The notes under the pieces were generated by a model. The model saw only the letters and a program-made list of their open reading frames with translations. It ran no database searches and was not told where the DNA came from. Below are positions 37,986-50,523 of a DNA stretch of 64,000 bases, piece after piece. Each line of letters opens with the position of its first letter. Within the stretch, counting starts at the first letter, position 1. The translations under genes were made by a program, and so were the position numbers. This DNA comes from Octopus sinensis (lineage: Eukaryota): assembly GCF_006345805.1 (NCBI RefSeq), contig NC_042999.1, forward strand, positions 171,926,001-171,990,000. Reading direction: 5' to 3'.

Positions 37986-38532
37986 GATAACCGACAAAAA
38001 TAAAGATATGCTATGGCGAAAGTCCGGATAACTTTTTATTTCTGTGTGTGTGTGTGTAATATGATTAAAATGACTATATAAATATATAGATATGCAATTA
38101 TTTATGCATGTATAGTCATGTGTATAAGTTTCTGTGTGAGTGTAAAATATTAAATACACACATATACACACATACATGCATATATACATACATATATATG
38201 TGTGTGTATGTATGCATGTATGTATGTAATATTTATATACAATATGTATATATAAGTCTGTAGTGTGCGTCTATAAATGATAGAACACTTAATGCATAGC
38301 ATACCTTATTTAAAATAATTAGAATCGTTTCGTCACATTTTTACACCGTTAAATTTTTTATATCGGTGAAGTGTTGTGTAATTACTATCATCTATCCAAG
38401 AGGGAAAACGCGATTCCTCAGATCATTGTTTAAATAAGACCTTCGGTCGATCCCGTTGTCATTTCCTTCTGTATTAGAATCTACGCCCAAAACAGTGTGC
38501 AATTTTCAATACGTACATTCATATTATATATA

Positions 38533-38565
<33 letters not shown>

Positions 38566-38618
38566 ATAATATATAATATAATAATTATATATATATATAT
38601 ATATATATATAGGGGGGG

Positions 38619-38792
38619 AGAATTCACAAAAAGAAAAAAGACAGGTGGTGTAGACAATGAACAGAAGTATTAGTATGACGCTCGGGAAGTGAAAATTTTT
38701 AAGGTTTCGAGCCTACGCTCTTCCACAGAAACGAACACAGAAAGAAACAAGGAGAGAGAATAAAGAATGTTTAGTGGCTAGCGATCTCTCTC
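38619..38792 (-). mobile_element. Short repeat family D, second copy
   Basis: Reverse complement aligns with 33926-34116; (TA)n on both sides. Confidence 0.75.
38697..38732 (-). ncRNA. Minimal hammerhead-like motif, variant core
   Basis: Minus strand: GUUU CUGUGGA A GAGC[GUAG]GCUC GAAA CC U U AAAA. Confidence 0.45.
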
Positions 38793-39175
38793 ATATATAT
38801 ATATATATATATCAACAATCAGGAACGGCCATAATAGGCCATTCACCCACTAGAAATAACAGCCAAAGCTTCAACCGCAATAAAAATCATTCCGTAACAG
38901 GAAAAATTTAAAAAACATTTACCCTGTAATTTCTTATACATGCACCGTTTCATCTGCTGTTTAATGGTAAACTAACCTGATTAAATTAATCAGGCAATCT
39001 TCCATAGGCCCTCAGATTCTTCAGTAAGAAATAGCCACAAGTCGGAACAGATATTTTCACGAGGAATTCCGACCCTTCCAAGTTAATTCTGACCTAAAAT
39101 TTTCAATATCGCACGCACTCGCGCCAAATTTCTCGGCAGCAAATAAATATATACTATATATATATATATATACAT

Positions 39176-39362
39176 AGTTAATCCAAACATGAAAACCCAA
39201 AAAGAAAACACAACTACGCGAGGACGTGGAACAAATATAGTATTATTGGACGCTCAGGAAAGAAGGAAAGAAGGACGGTTTAAGGTTTCGAGCGGGGCTC
39301 TTCGTCAGAAACATAGGAAAAGGAAAGATCCAGAGAAGGGAAGACGGAGGGAAAAAATCTCC
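39176..39362 (-). mobile_element. Short repeat family C, second copy
   Basis: Reverse complement aligns with 34315-34523; the 3' end abuts (TA)n. Confidence 0.8.
39278..39312 (-). ncRNA. Minimal type-I hammerhead ribozyme motif
   Basis: Minus strand: GUUU CUGACGA A GAGC[CCC]GCUC GAAA CC U U AAAC; core and stem I intact, stem III G>C. Confidence 0.6.
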
Positions 39363-39901
39363 AAATACATACATATATATACACATGTACGTATTTATAT
39401 ATGTATGTATATTATACATGCATGTGTATACAAAAATATGTGTGGTGGGTTTGTATGCTAGTATGTTGTATAATATACTCATGATATATAGTGTGCTTCA
39501 CATTTTACTTGGCAGTCTTACTCTGGATCTGTTCATAATTTAATTACTATTTTCTGCGTCACTTACCCACTCATAGTTTTAGTTAGTATCAATCTTGTAG
39601 AATGTGTGAGGGCGTATATGGTGCACACATGAACACACAGAGTACGACAACACATACCTATATACTCACAACACTTATACACATACACATACGTATACAA
39701 AATATGCATATATATATATACATATGTGTGTGTATGTATGTATATATGTATGAATGTATGTGTGCATGTGTAGATAAACAGATATACACACACGCTGTCA
39801 TACACACCGACATATATTATATATACATATATATAATATTATATGTATACATATATATATACATGTATATATATATATTATATATATATATATATATAAT
39901 A

Positions 39902-39983
<82 letters not shown>

Positions 39984-40399
39984 TGGGTAACTTTTCATTT
40001 AGCTCTGCTTGATTAGAAGCTGACGGAGTTAATCAGCGTGGTAGTGAAGGAGAGAGCACTTGAGAAAGAGAGAGAGATAGAGAGAGAAAGAATGAAAGAC
40101 AGTGTGATTGAGAGACTAAAACACGCTAGAACCTGTATTTGTCGAGTGTTGGTTTGTGTGTGCGTGCTTGTCTTTCTAAGTGGTGTGGTTGCGTGTGAGG
40201 GAACACCTGTTGTATTAATTTTGTTGATATGTTTCTATGACAACGGCAGTTTTATCATCAGCCGTTTACATTGACAATAGCATGAACATCATAATATCAA
40301 CAACACTGCTCAAGGAGACAAAGCAATAATAATAATTAACAAATGTTCGCTAAGAACTGTACACACTCATATATATTTATCACCGACATCATGACATCG

Positions 40400-41380
40400 A
40401 TCTTCAGTCAGTATGACCATCATCTTCGTCGCCGTTGTCGTCCTCATCATCCATGGCTTTGTCGTTATCGTTGACATCGTCGTCGCCGCCACCATGATCA
40501 TTATTATGGGTTTTGATGAGCATCATCAACACCACCATCATCATCGTCATCATAATCATCGTCATCATTGTCGTCGGTATTATGTTCTTCATTGTGATAG
40601 TCGTTGTCGTGACCATGATGAAAACATCATTTTTGTGTCTTCATTCCTTATCGTCCTCGTCGCCAACTTCGCAATCTTGGCTGTCGTGTTCACCATCGTC
40701 AGCGTATCTGCCACTCTTGTTATCGTTGTTTCGGTCTCTCATCATCACCACTACCGGCATCCTCACCACCACCAACACGACCACCACCACCAACACGACG
40801 ACGACCACCAACGCAACCACCACCACCAACATCCTCATCATCATTATCATCATCACCACCTCCACTGCCACCATCATCGTCATAATCATCATCATCACGA
40901 CGACGACCACCACCACCAACACCACCATCATCATCATCATCAGCAGCAGCAGCATCGCCACCATCATCGTCATCATCATCATTATCACGAGCACCACCAA
41001 CGCCACGACCACCACCACCATTATCATCATCATCATCATCACTACCTCTACCACTACCATCATTGTCATCATCATGACGACGACCACCACCGCCACAAAC
41101 ACCACCACCATCATCATCATCACCATCATCAGCAGCAGCAGCATCCCCACCTCCACCGCCACCATCATCGTCATCATCATCATTATCACGAACATCACCA
41201 ACGCCACGACCACCCCCACCATTATCATCATCATCTTCATTATCATCATCATCACTACCTCCACCACTACCATCATTGTCATCATCATGACGACGACCAC
41301 CACCACCACTAACACCACCATCATCATCATCATCATCACCATCATCAGCAGCAGCAGCATCACCACCTCCACCGCCACCG

Positions 41381-41415
<35 letters not shown>

Positions 41416-42060
41416 GTCGTCGTCGTCGTCGTCGTCGCCCGTCGTTGTCATCAACATCGCTTTCAACGAGTTCATCTCCATTGTCGTCTCTAGCACGTCG
41501 TCCTCGTCGTCGTCGTCGTTATTGTCATCTTCATCTTCGTATCCCTCATTGCTTTCCCGTTATTGCTACTGTCTCTCTTACCGTAAACATCTCCATTATC
41601 ACCTTTTCAATTTTCACCTTATCCCTCATTATCAACCCTTTAGTAGTAGCAGTAGCAGCAGTAAACAGTGGCAGCACGACAGGCAGCTTCAGCAGATCAA
41701 GAAAAACCCAGCAGCGTTATCATAATCGTTATCAAAACCAGGGCTTTCACATTCATCCCCATCAACGCTGACTTCACCATCATCTCCACCGGCATCCCCC
41801 TCATCATCATCATCATCATTATAATGATCATTATCAACAAAAACAACAAAGACGGCAACTGCCATATCAACAACAATATCGTCACCCTTAACAGTGTTGT
41901 AAACATCACCATGCAAAGCAGCATCAGGGTTTATCATTACTATCAATCATGATCATCAGCATAACATCAGCAACAGTACTAACACGCAAGCCGACACCTC
42001 CACAAATCGTCTGCCGTGTCCTCCGCATCACTATCATCATCACCATCATCATCATTATAT
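40400..42060. repeat. Large (CAT/CAC/CGT) trinucleotide low-complexity array with a ~190-215 bp higher-order repeat
   Basis: The landmark cagcagcagcagcatc occurs at 40941, 41130 and 41346, with the same sub-blocks between; several frames are stop-free. Confidence 0.9.
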
Positions 42061-42090
42061 ATATATATAATGTGTGTGTATTTATATATT

Positions 42091-42136
<46 letters not shown>

Positions 42137-42506
42137 GATATATATAGATATATATATATATATATATATGTATATGTATATGTATGTATCTATGTACGTA
42201 TATATATATATATATATGTATGTGTGTATATATATATATTTACGTAATATATATACACACATACATGTGTGTATGTATATATATATACACGCATACATAA
42301 ATATGCACACTCACATATATGCATATGCATATATGTAGATGTATATATACAAATACATTTATGTATGCATGTATATAAATATATGTGTGTATGTACATGC
42401 ATGTATATATGTATGTATTCAGAAAGATAGATTAATATATATACAACAATCACATATATTCACAAAAGTAAGCAGGTATGCATACAAATATATATACATA
42501 TACATA

Positions 42507-42544
<38 letters not shown>

Positions 42545-43100
42545 TATATATATAAACATGCACTCATACATACATACACAAGCAACAAACACACACACAT
42601 ATGTATGCATATATATATATACATATATATTTATATATATGTATACACACACACAAATACATCGTTACTGCCGCTAGCCGGCGAACATTGATAACACATC
42701 GACATGTGGATGTGACAGCGAGCAAAGGTAATACAACTAGAGAAGTAGTAACACTAATAGAACCAGTTGCAATAGTAGTACATAGTACAGAAGAAGTAAA
42801 CGTAACATTACCAACAACACTCTATACAAGAAGCGTATTCATTATAGTAACACACTTCTTTATATGTCATTTATTCAGGGCAAACTTGAGGATGAATGAT
42901 GTTAGAATTCAAAAGACAAAGGGCAAGACCATTGTCACGTGATGAACGCCTACACTCAACATCATATATATATATATATAATGTATGGACGCTTGTAAGT
43001 ATATATATATATATGTATGTATATGTGTATGCTTGTGTGTATATATATACAGATATATATATACACATATATATATGTATATATGTGTATATATATATAT

Positions 43101-43133
<33 letters not shown>

Positions 43134-43834
43134 TACACAGATAGGGAGAGAGATATGTACTTATATTAATACATGCAAATATGTATGCATAAATATATAC
43201 ATAAATGTGAATGCATGTATATATATACATATATATATACAAACACACATTTGCACATACATAAATATACATATACATACACATACATACACATACATAT
43301 ATATATGTATATTTATAATGTATATATATTTATTTACAAAAATATCACGTATATGCACAAATAGGTGCGTGCGCGCGCGTGTTTGTGTGTGTGTTTGGAG
43401 ATACATAGAAAGTGGTAGAGAAAGCGCGGAAGAGAGAGAGAGAGAGAGGAGAGAGAGGGAGAGAGAGATAAATGCATGCAATGCAGACATACACGTAAAC
43501 ACACTGAGATAGAGACAATGTGAAGGGATGAGTGAGGAATATACATTTGTGTGTGTATACTGGTGCGTGCATGAGAAAGTTTATGCGTGTATGTTGTTTG
43601 TGTGTGTGTGTGGTGTGTGTGTGTGTGTGTGCGTGTGTATATGCTTATGAAAATGTGACCATGTTAAGAAAAGCTAGTAAACATAAATCGCCGTAAGTCG
43701 CCTGGAAAAACAAGACGTTCAATACTAACACTGCTTCAAAACGTACGTTAGAAAATCACTAGCTGTACTACTTCTATTACTAATACTGCTGCTACTACTG
43801 CTACTACACCATTAATATGATATAGAATAATAAT

Positions 43835-44440
43835 CCTTCTTACTCAACGCACATGGCCCGAAAATTTTAGGGAGGGGGCGGGTGTGGGGGGGATGGCTAG
43901 TCGATCGGATCGACCTTAGAACGCAACTGGTACTTAATGCATCGAACCTGAAAGGATGAAAGGTAAAGTCGACCTCGGTGGAATTTGATCTCAGAACGTA
44001 AAGACATACGAAATACCGATAAGCATTTCGCTCAGCGTGCTAACGTTTCTTATTTCTTTACTGCTTATAAGTGGCTACACACAGAGGGAACAAACAAGGA
44101 CAGACAAACAGATTAAGTCGATTCTGTCGACCCCAGTGCGTAACTGGTATTTAATTTATCGACCTCAGAGGAAATTGAACTTAGAACGTAACGGCAGACG
44201 AAATACCTATTTCTTTACTACCCACAAGGGGCTACACACAGAGGGGACAAACAAGGGCAGACAAACGGATTAAGTCGATTACATCGACCCCAGTGCGTAA
44301 CTGGTACTTAATTTATCGACCCTGAAAGGATGAAAGGCAAAGTTGACCTCGGTGGAATTTGAACTCAGAACGTAGCGGCAGACGAAATACTGCTAAGCAT
44401 TTCGCCCGGCGTGCTAAGGTTTCTGCCAGCACACCGCCTT
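43835..44440 (-). mobile_element. SINE family B, trimeric form
   Basis: Head at 44440, then three body copies with two copies of the ...gtagtaaagaaata tail. Confidence 0.85.
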
Positions 44441-44465
44441 CATAATCTAGAACAATAATAATAAT

Positions 44466-44967
44466 GTCTTTTCTTCATAGAAATAAGTCCTGAATATTTT
44501 TCTTTCTTTCCTTCATTTCTGACGGAGAAGGTGTGATTGCTGATTTCCTGGTTCTTAGTACTTGACTGGTAATTATTTTATAGACCGCAAAATGAATTAT
44601 CTGAAGTTGGCAGAATTTGAACACTGAGCGTACGGACGAATAAAATACAACTAAGCATTTTGTCCGGTACGCTAACGATCCAACGAGCACACTGCCTTAA
44701 TAATACTATTGATGATTTCATTTTTTTGGCACAAAGCCAGTAAATTCATGGTGAGTTTGAGGGGCTAGCCGACAACATCGAGCCCACATTCAACTTGTAC
44801 TTATTTTATCTACTCTGAGAAGATGAATGGCAGAGTCAACCTCGGCGGAATTTGAACTCACAACATAAGGACGGACGAAATGCCGCTAAGCATGTTCTCC
44901 GGCGTGCTATCGCTCCTGCCAGACAACTGCCTTAATAATGGTGATGATGATGATGATGATGATGATG

Positions 44968-45029
<62 letters not shown>

Positions 45030-45614
45030 GGGAAAGAAGTATAACAAAAAAGAATAAATTCATTGTAAGACCACATTCTAGCCTCACCGATAAATGGAAT
45101 AATGTAGACGGTAGGAGGTCGTTCACTAAATTTCATTTAAATTATTTCCTTCCATTTCAGGCATAGAAAGGCTACTTTTAGCTAATTACCTGCTAAAATC
45201 TCTTTAAAGCGTGTTGTTCCCAGCTGAAATGCTTGTAATTCGATCATGACTGACATGGGCGAACGCAGAACAACAACAGACAAAATAAGTAAATAAATAA
45301 ATAAATAAATAAATAAATGAAACACTGTTGTTATCAATCATTTATTCTATTATAGACACGAGGCCTGATGATGGGGCTATTTCATTGCATCAACCCCAAT
45401 GCTCAACTGGTACTTATTGTATCGGCCCCTGAAAATATGAACGGTAAACTCGATCGCAGAGGAATGTGTCTGGGGCGCTAACAATTAAGCCAGGTCGCCC
45501 CCTTAACACAGTTTTTAACGATATTCAATCGTTGGATACAAACGTTCAGGTAGCTCCGTTTTCGATTTAAATAATAATAATAACAATAACAATAAAAATA
45601 TTACCAGCAGCAGC

Positions 45615-45665
<51 letters not shown>

Positions 45666-45931
45666 TATAATAATAATGATAATGATAATTTCTATTATAG
45701 GCAAAAGGCCTGAAATTTTGGGGAAGGGGACTAGTCGATAACATCAACCCCAGTGAGTAACTTTTAATTAGTTTATCGATCTCGAAAGAGTAGAAAGAAA
45801 AGTTGACCTCGGCGGAATTTGAAATCAGGACGTAAGAACGGGAGAATGCCGCTAATTATTTTGCCCGGTGTCCTAACAACTCCGCCAGCTCGCCACGTTT
45901 AATAATAATAATAATAATGATAATAATAATA

Positions 45932-45965
<34 letters not shown>

Positions 45966-46159
45966 GGTTTCAAATGTTGCCACAAGGGCAGCAGTTTTGT
46001 AGGAGAGGTTTAGTCGGTTACAGTGTTCAACTGGTGCTTATTTTATCGATCACAAAGGGAGGAAGGCAAAGTCGACCTCGTTGGAAATTGAACTCAGAAC
46101 GTAGCAACAGGCGAAATGCCATTAAGTACTGCGTCCAGCATACTAACGATTCTGCCAGC

Positions 46160-46162
<3 letters not shown>
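44466..46162 (-). mobile_element. Five further co-oriented diverged SINE B monomers
   Basis: Copies at about 44466-44698, 44713-44933, 45341-45505, 45689-45900 and 45966-46162, mostly joined by (AAT)n; unique sequence lies at ~45050-45280. Confidence 0.8.
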
Positions 46163-46213
<51 letters not shown>

Positions 46214-46232
46214 TATAATTATTATATTATTA

Positions 46233-46268
<36 letters not shown>

Positions 46269-46819
46269 GAGTGAGAGAGCAGTTCATGCCATCAAAGTGA
46301 CACTGGGGTAAAATATACGAAGCCCAATATACCCATCATGACTACCCGTCTGATAAAGGTACACCAGGCACATGCATCACAACCATATGTGCGCGACATG
46401 GTGATCTCATATCAAGATAAACAGCACATGACCTTGCAGGTGGGGCCCAGTTAGAATTTTCTTCAGGTTGAGTAGCCCATCCCGCTCAAACGGTCCCTGA
46501 ATAAGGGTTGTTTAAGATGTTGAAAGAACCACCCATGTTTCCAGAGGTGAACTATTCAACCCCAAAGAATCCCTCTCAACACATGGATATGATGCTCCCC
46601 CATACTTCTGCTCGTGATCAGAGATGCACATATCTTCAGCCACTAAGGGACATGCTCAATGGTTAAGGTCAAACAACTGACAAGCAAATCTGTGGTATTG
46701 AGCAGAATATTGCTGTAGCCATCTTTATATACCAAGACAAAACAATGTACATGATAACACTTCCAATCAGTTAAGATCAGAAGCCATGAGAGCTACTGCC
46801 TGGTACTGCATCAGGGCAT
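46269..46819. mobile_element. ~550-bp unclassified element embedded in (TTA)n, copy 1
   Basis: gagtgagagagcagttcatgcc ... gcatcagggcat; nearly identical to 47090-47638. Confidence 0.8.
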
Positions 46820-46842
46820 TTATTATTATTATTATATTATTA

Positions 46843-46877
<35 letters not shown>

Positions 46878-47015
46878 TATTATTATTATTGTTTATTATT
46901 TGTAGGAGTAGTAGTATTGTCTTTGCACAGCTCCTAACGCTGGAGATGTACTACTAGCAGTGCCGTTTTCTAAAAGTGCTCCACCCTTATTGCAGGCCCT
47001 ATTTGTTCCATGCAC

Positions 47016-47089
<74 letters not shown>

Positions 47090-47638
47090 GAGTGAGAGTG
47101 AGAGCAGTTCATGCCATCAAAGTGACACTGGGGTAAAATATACGAAGCCCAATATACCCATCATGACTACCCGTCTGATAAAGGTACACCAGGCACATGC
47201 ATCACAACCATATGTGCGCGACATGGTGAATCTATATCAAGATAAACAGCACATGACCTTGCAGGTGGGGCCCAGTTAGTTTCTTCAGGTTGTTGAGAGC
47301 CCATCCCGCTCAAACGGTCCCTGAATAAGGGTTGTTAAGGAAGTTGAACGAAACCACCCATGTTTCCAGAGGTGAACTATTATTCAAACCCAAAGAATCC
47401 CTTCAACACATGGCTATGATGCTCCCCCACTACTTCCGCTCGTGATCAGAGATGCACATATCGTCAGCCACAAGGGACATGCTCAACTGGTTAAGGTCAA
47501 ACAACTGACAAGCAAATTGAGCAGAATATTTGCTGTAGTCCAACTTTTATACCAAGACAAAACAATGTACATGATAACGCTTCCAATCAGTTAAGATCAG
47601 AAGCCATGAGAGCCACTGCCTGGTACGCATCAGGGCAT
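47090..47638. mobile_element. ~550-bp unclassified element embedded in (TTA)n, copy 2
   Basis: Same orientation and ends as copy 1; differs mainly by small indels. Confidence 0.8.
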
Positions 47639-47680
47639 TATTATTCTATTAATTATTATTATTATTATTATTATTATATA

Positions 47681-47729
<49 letters not shown>

Positions 47730-47877
47730 ATTAGTATTATATTATTATCCTTATTATTATTATTATTATTTACTATTATTATTATTTTAGTATTATCATC
47801 ATCATCATCATTCATCATCATTACAATTATTATATCATTATTATTATTAAATTATTATTATTATATTATTAATTTTA

Positions 47878-48283
47878 TAGGTTGTAGGAGTGGCTGTGTG
47901 CTAAGTAGCTTGCTTAAGAACCACATGGTTCCAGGCTAAGTCCCATTGCGTGGCACCTTTGGGCAAGTCTCTTCTACTATAGCCTCGGGCCGACCAAAGT
48001 CTTGTGAGTGGATCTGGTAGACGGAACCTGAAAGAAGCCCGTCGTATCTATGTATGCTTATATGTATGTGTGTGTATATGTTTGTCTTTCTGTGTTTGTC
48101 CCCCACCCCCAACATCGCTTGACAACCGATGCTGGTGTGTTTACGTCTCCGTATCTTAGCGGTTCGGCAAAAGAGACCGATAGAACACGTATTAGGCTTA
48201 CAAAGATTTGCTCGACTAAAAGCGGTGCTCTAGCATTGCCACAGTTACATGACTGAAACAAGGAAAAGAGTAAATGAGTAAAA
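47878..48283 (+). mobile_element. SINE family A composite
   Basis: Head 47878-48046, short TA/TG linker, 3' module to ...gactgaaacaaggaaaagag. Confidence 0.9.
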
Positions 48284-48299
48284 GTGTATAAATGATCCT

Positions 48300-48966
48300 T
48301 GCTACTATGGGCATAAAGCCTGAAATTTTAGGGTCTGTGATAGATGATTACTCCACCTCGGTTGTGAATTGGTTCTTCATATGTCGAAGTTGAAGGTATG
48401 GAATGCAACTTTGATCGCGCAGAAACTGAACTGAAGTCGTGAGTAATCGGAAGTGAAGCCGTGCTGCATTTTTACATGTGCACTATTGCTTTTGTGCAGC
48501 ACGCCGCAAAATTTTTTTTAAAAATCATTTTCATATAAACATAAGGCATGAAAATTTGTTTGAAGTGGGTAAGCCGATTATACTGATCCAAACGATTTAC
48601 TACTACTTATTCGATCGAGGTAAACGGATGAAAGGTAATGTCGACTGCGACCGGATTGAACTCAGAAATTAAACTGCCGGATGAAATGCTGCTACTTATG
48701 TTGTCCGACGCGGTAACAATTCTGCCAACTCAGCTCCAAATAACTATTTCAATTGTAGGTACAATACTTGAAAGTTTGGTGGCAGATGGCTCATGGAATA
48801 ATTCTACCACAGGGATTAACTAGTACCATTTTTTTCCCATCCCCTAAATGATGTAAGGCACATTCTATCTCAGCGTGACTTGAACTCAGAACGTAATTAA
48901 CTCGGAAGAAATGCCACTAGGAGGCTTATCCAGCGTGCTAGCGTTTTTCCCGGGTTCATGTCACTT
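48300..48966 (-). mobile_element. Three diverged SINE B pieces
   Basis: About 48300-48440, 48600-48737 and 48748-48966; tgaactcagaa and gaaatgc motifs in minus orientation. Confidence 0.6.
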
Positions 48967-49307
48967 ATAACGATAGATCTAAGAAGGAAGATAAAAACTG
49001 TAGAAAGAAATTGATGACCTTTTATTAGAAGAATTCAGGAATTCTCACGCGCATGCACACACAGACATATACATCCCACACCCACACACACGCAGACCCA
49101 CAAACTCACACTCACACACCAACGTCTTTCTGTATCTGGTGGGAGAGTTCTTTGTGTTAGTACAAGGGCAAGTATTTGCATGTATATAAGCTTGCGCAAG
49201 GATGAATGTTTGCCTTTGTATTAGTAAGTTTATACCTCCCAAATAAGAGCATGCAACTCCACCTGCTGGGTGCAGTGCTGATTATAGCTACCCCACTATC
49301 TATCTAT

Positions 49308-49372
<65 letters not shown>

Positions 49373-49588
49373 GCCAAATCTATTTCTTTGTATATCTATA
49401 TCAACACACACATGAAATGTGTTTGCGCGAATGGGAACGCATCAGCTGGGTGTATATAAATAGAAATATGTTTACGATTAATCACTGACAATTTTACATA
49501 AGTGTTTTCATAAATTATATACGTGTAAAATATATGCATATATATATGTATGTATTTATACGTTTATATATATATATATATATATATA

Positions 49589-49632
<44 letters not shown>

Positions 49633-49643
49633 ATATATATATA

Positions 49644-49676
<33 letters not shown>

Positions 49677-49725
49677 ATTATATGCATATATATAGTATAC
49701 AGATATAATATATAAATATATATAT

Positions 49726-49931
49726 CAAAATGTGAACTCGTGGGTACCGTAGAATATTTTTTTCCTCTGTCTTCCCTTCTCTGGATCCTTCCTTCTCCTA
49801 TGTTTCCGACGAAGAGTTCCGCTCAAAACGTTAAACCCTCCTTCTTTCCTTCTTTCCTGAGCGTCCAATAATACTATATTTGTTCCACGTCCTCGCGTTG
49901 TTGTGTTTTTTGTGCTTTCTTGTTTGGATTA

Positions 49932-49934
<3 letters not shown>
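49726..49934 (+). mobile_element. Short repeat family C, third copy (hammerhead core mutated)
   Basis: 49802-49836 reads GUUU CCGACGA A GAGU[UCC]GCUC AAAA CG U U AAAC (U4C, G12A); flanked by (TA)n on both sides. Confidence 0.8.
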
Positions 49935-49990
<56 letters not shown>

Positions 49991-50048
49991 TATATATGTA
50001 TACATATTAAAACATACATACATATATAAATATATATATATATACATA

Positions 50049-50106
<58 letters not shown>

Positions 50107-50136
50107 ATATATAAATATATATTCATACATATATAT

Positions 50137-50298
50137 ACACGACAGGCTTCTTTCTGTTTCCGTCTAACAAATCCACGTACAAGGCATTGGCCGGCCCGAA
50201 GCTATAGTAGAAGACACTTGTCCAATGTTCCACGCAGTGGGACTGAACCCGAATGCATTCGGTTGGGAAACAAGCTTCTTACCACACAGCCACGCCTA
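50137..50298 (-). mobile_element. SINE family A head
   Basis: Reverse complement of the consensus head, preceded on the + strand by (TA)n. Confidence 0.9.
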
Positions 50299-50523
50299 TG
50301 TATGTATGTATGTATGTGGTTTCGTGGGTACAATAGCTTATGTGTACACGCACAACACACATAATAACGATTTAATATTCTGGCGCTCGTGAACATTAGA
50401 AGTAGTCTTTGACTTTTCGAACCTAAGCTCAGTGAGAGTTTGATTGATAGATAAATAGAAATAACAGCAAAATATACAGGTAGAGGAATAACAACTATAA
50501 ATAGGTAGAATCAAACGTATCTT

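Noticed and set aside
40413-41493. 299-aa His-rich and 326-aa Thr/Ile-rich ORFs as cephalopod structural (e.g. His-rich beak) proteins
   Set aside because: All frames on both strands are open because of the repeat. There is no signal peptide, Gly-His motif or splice context.
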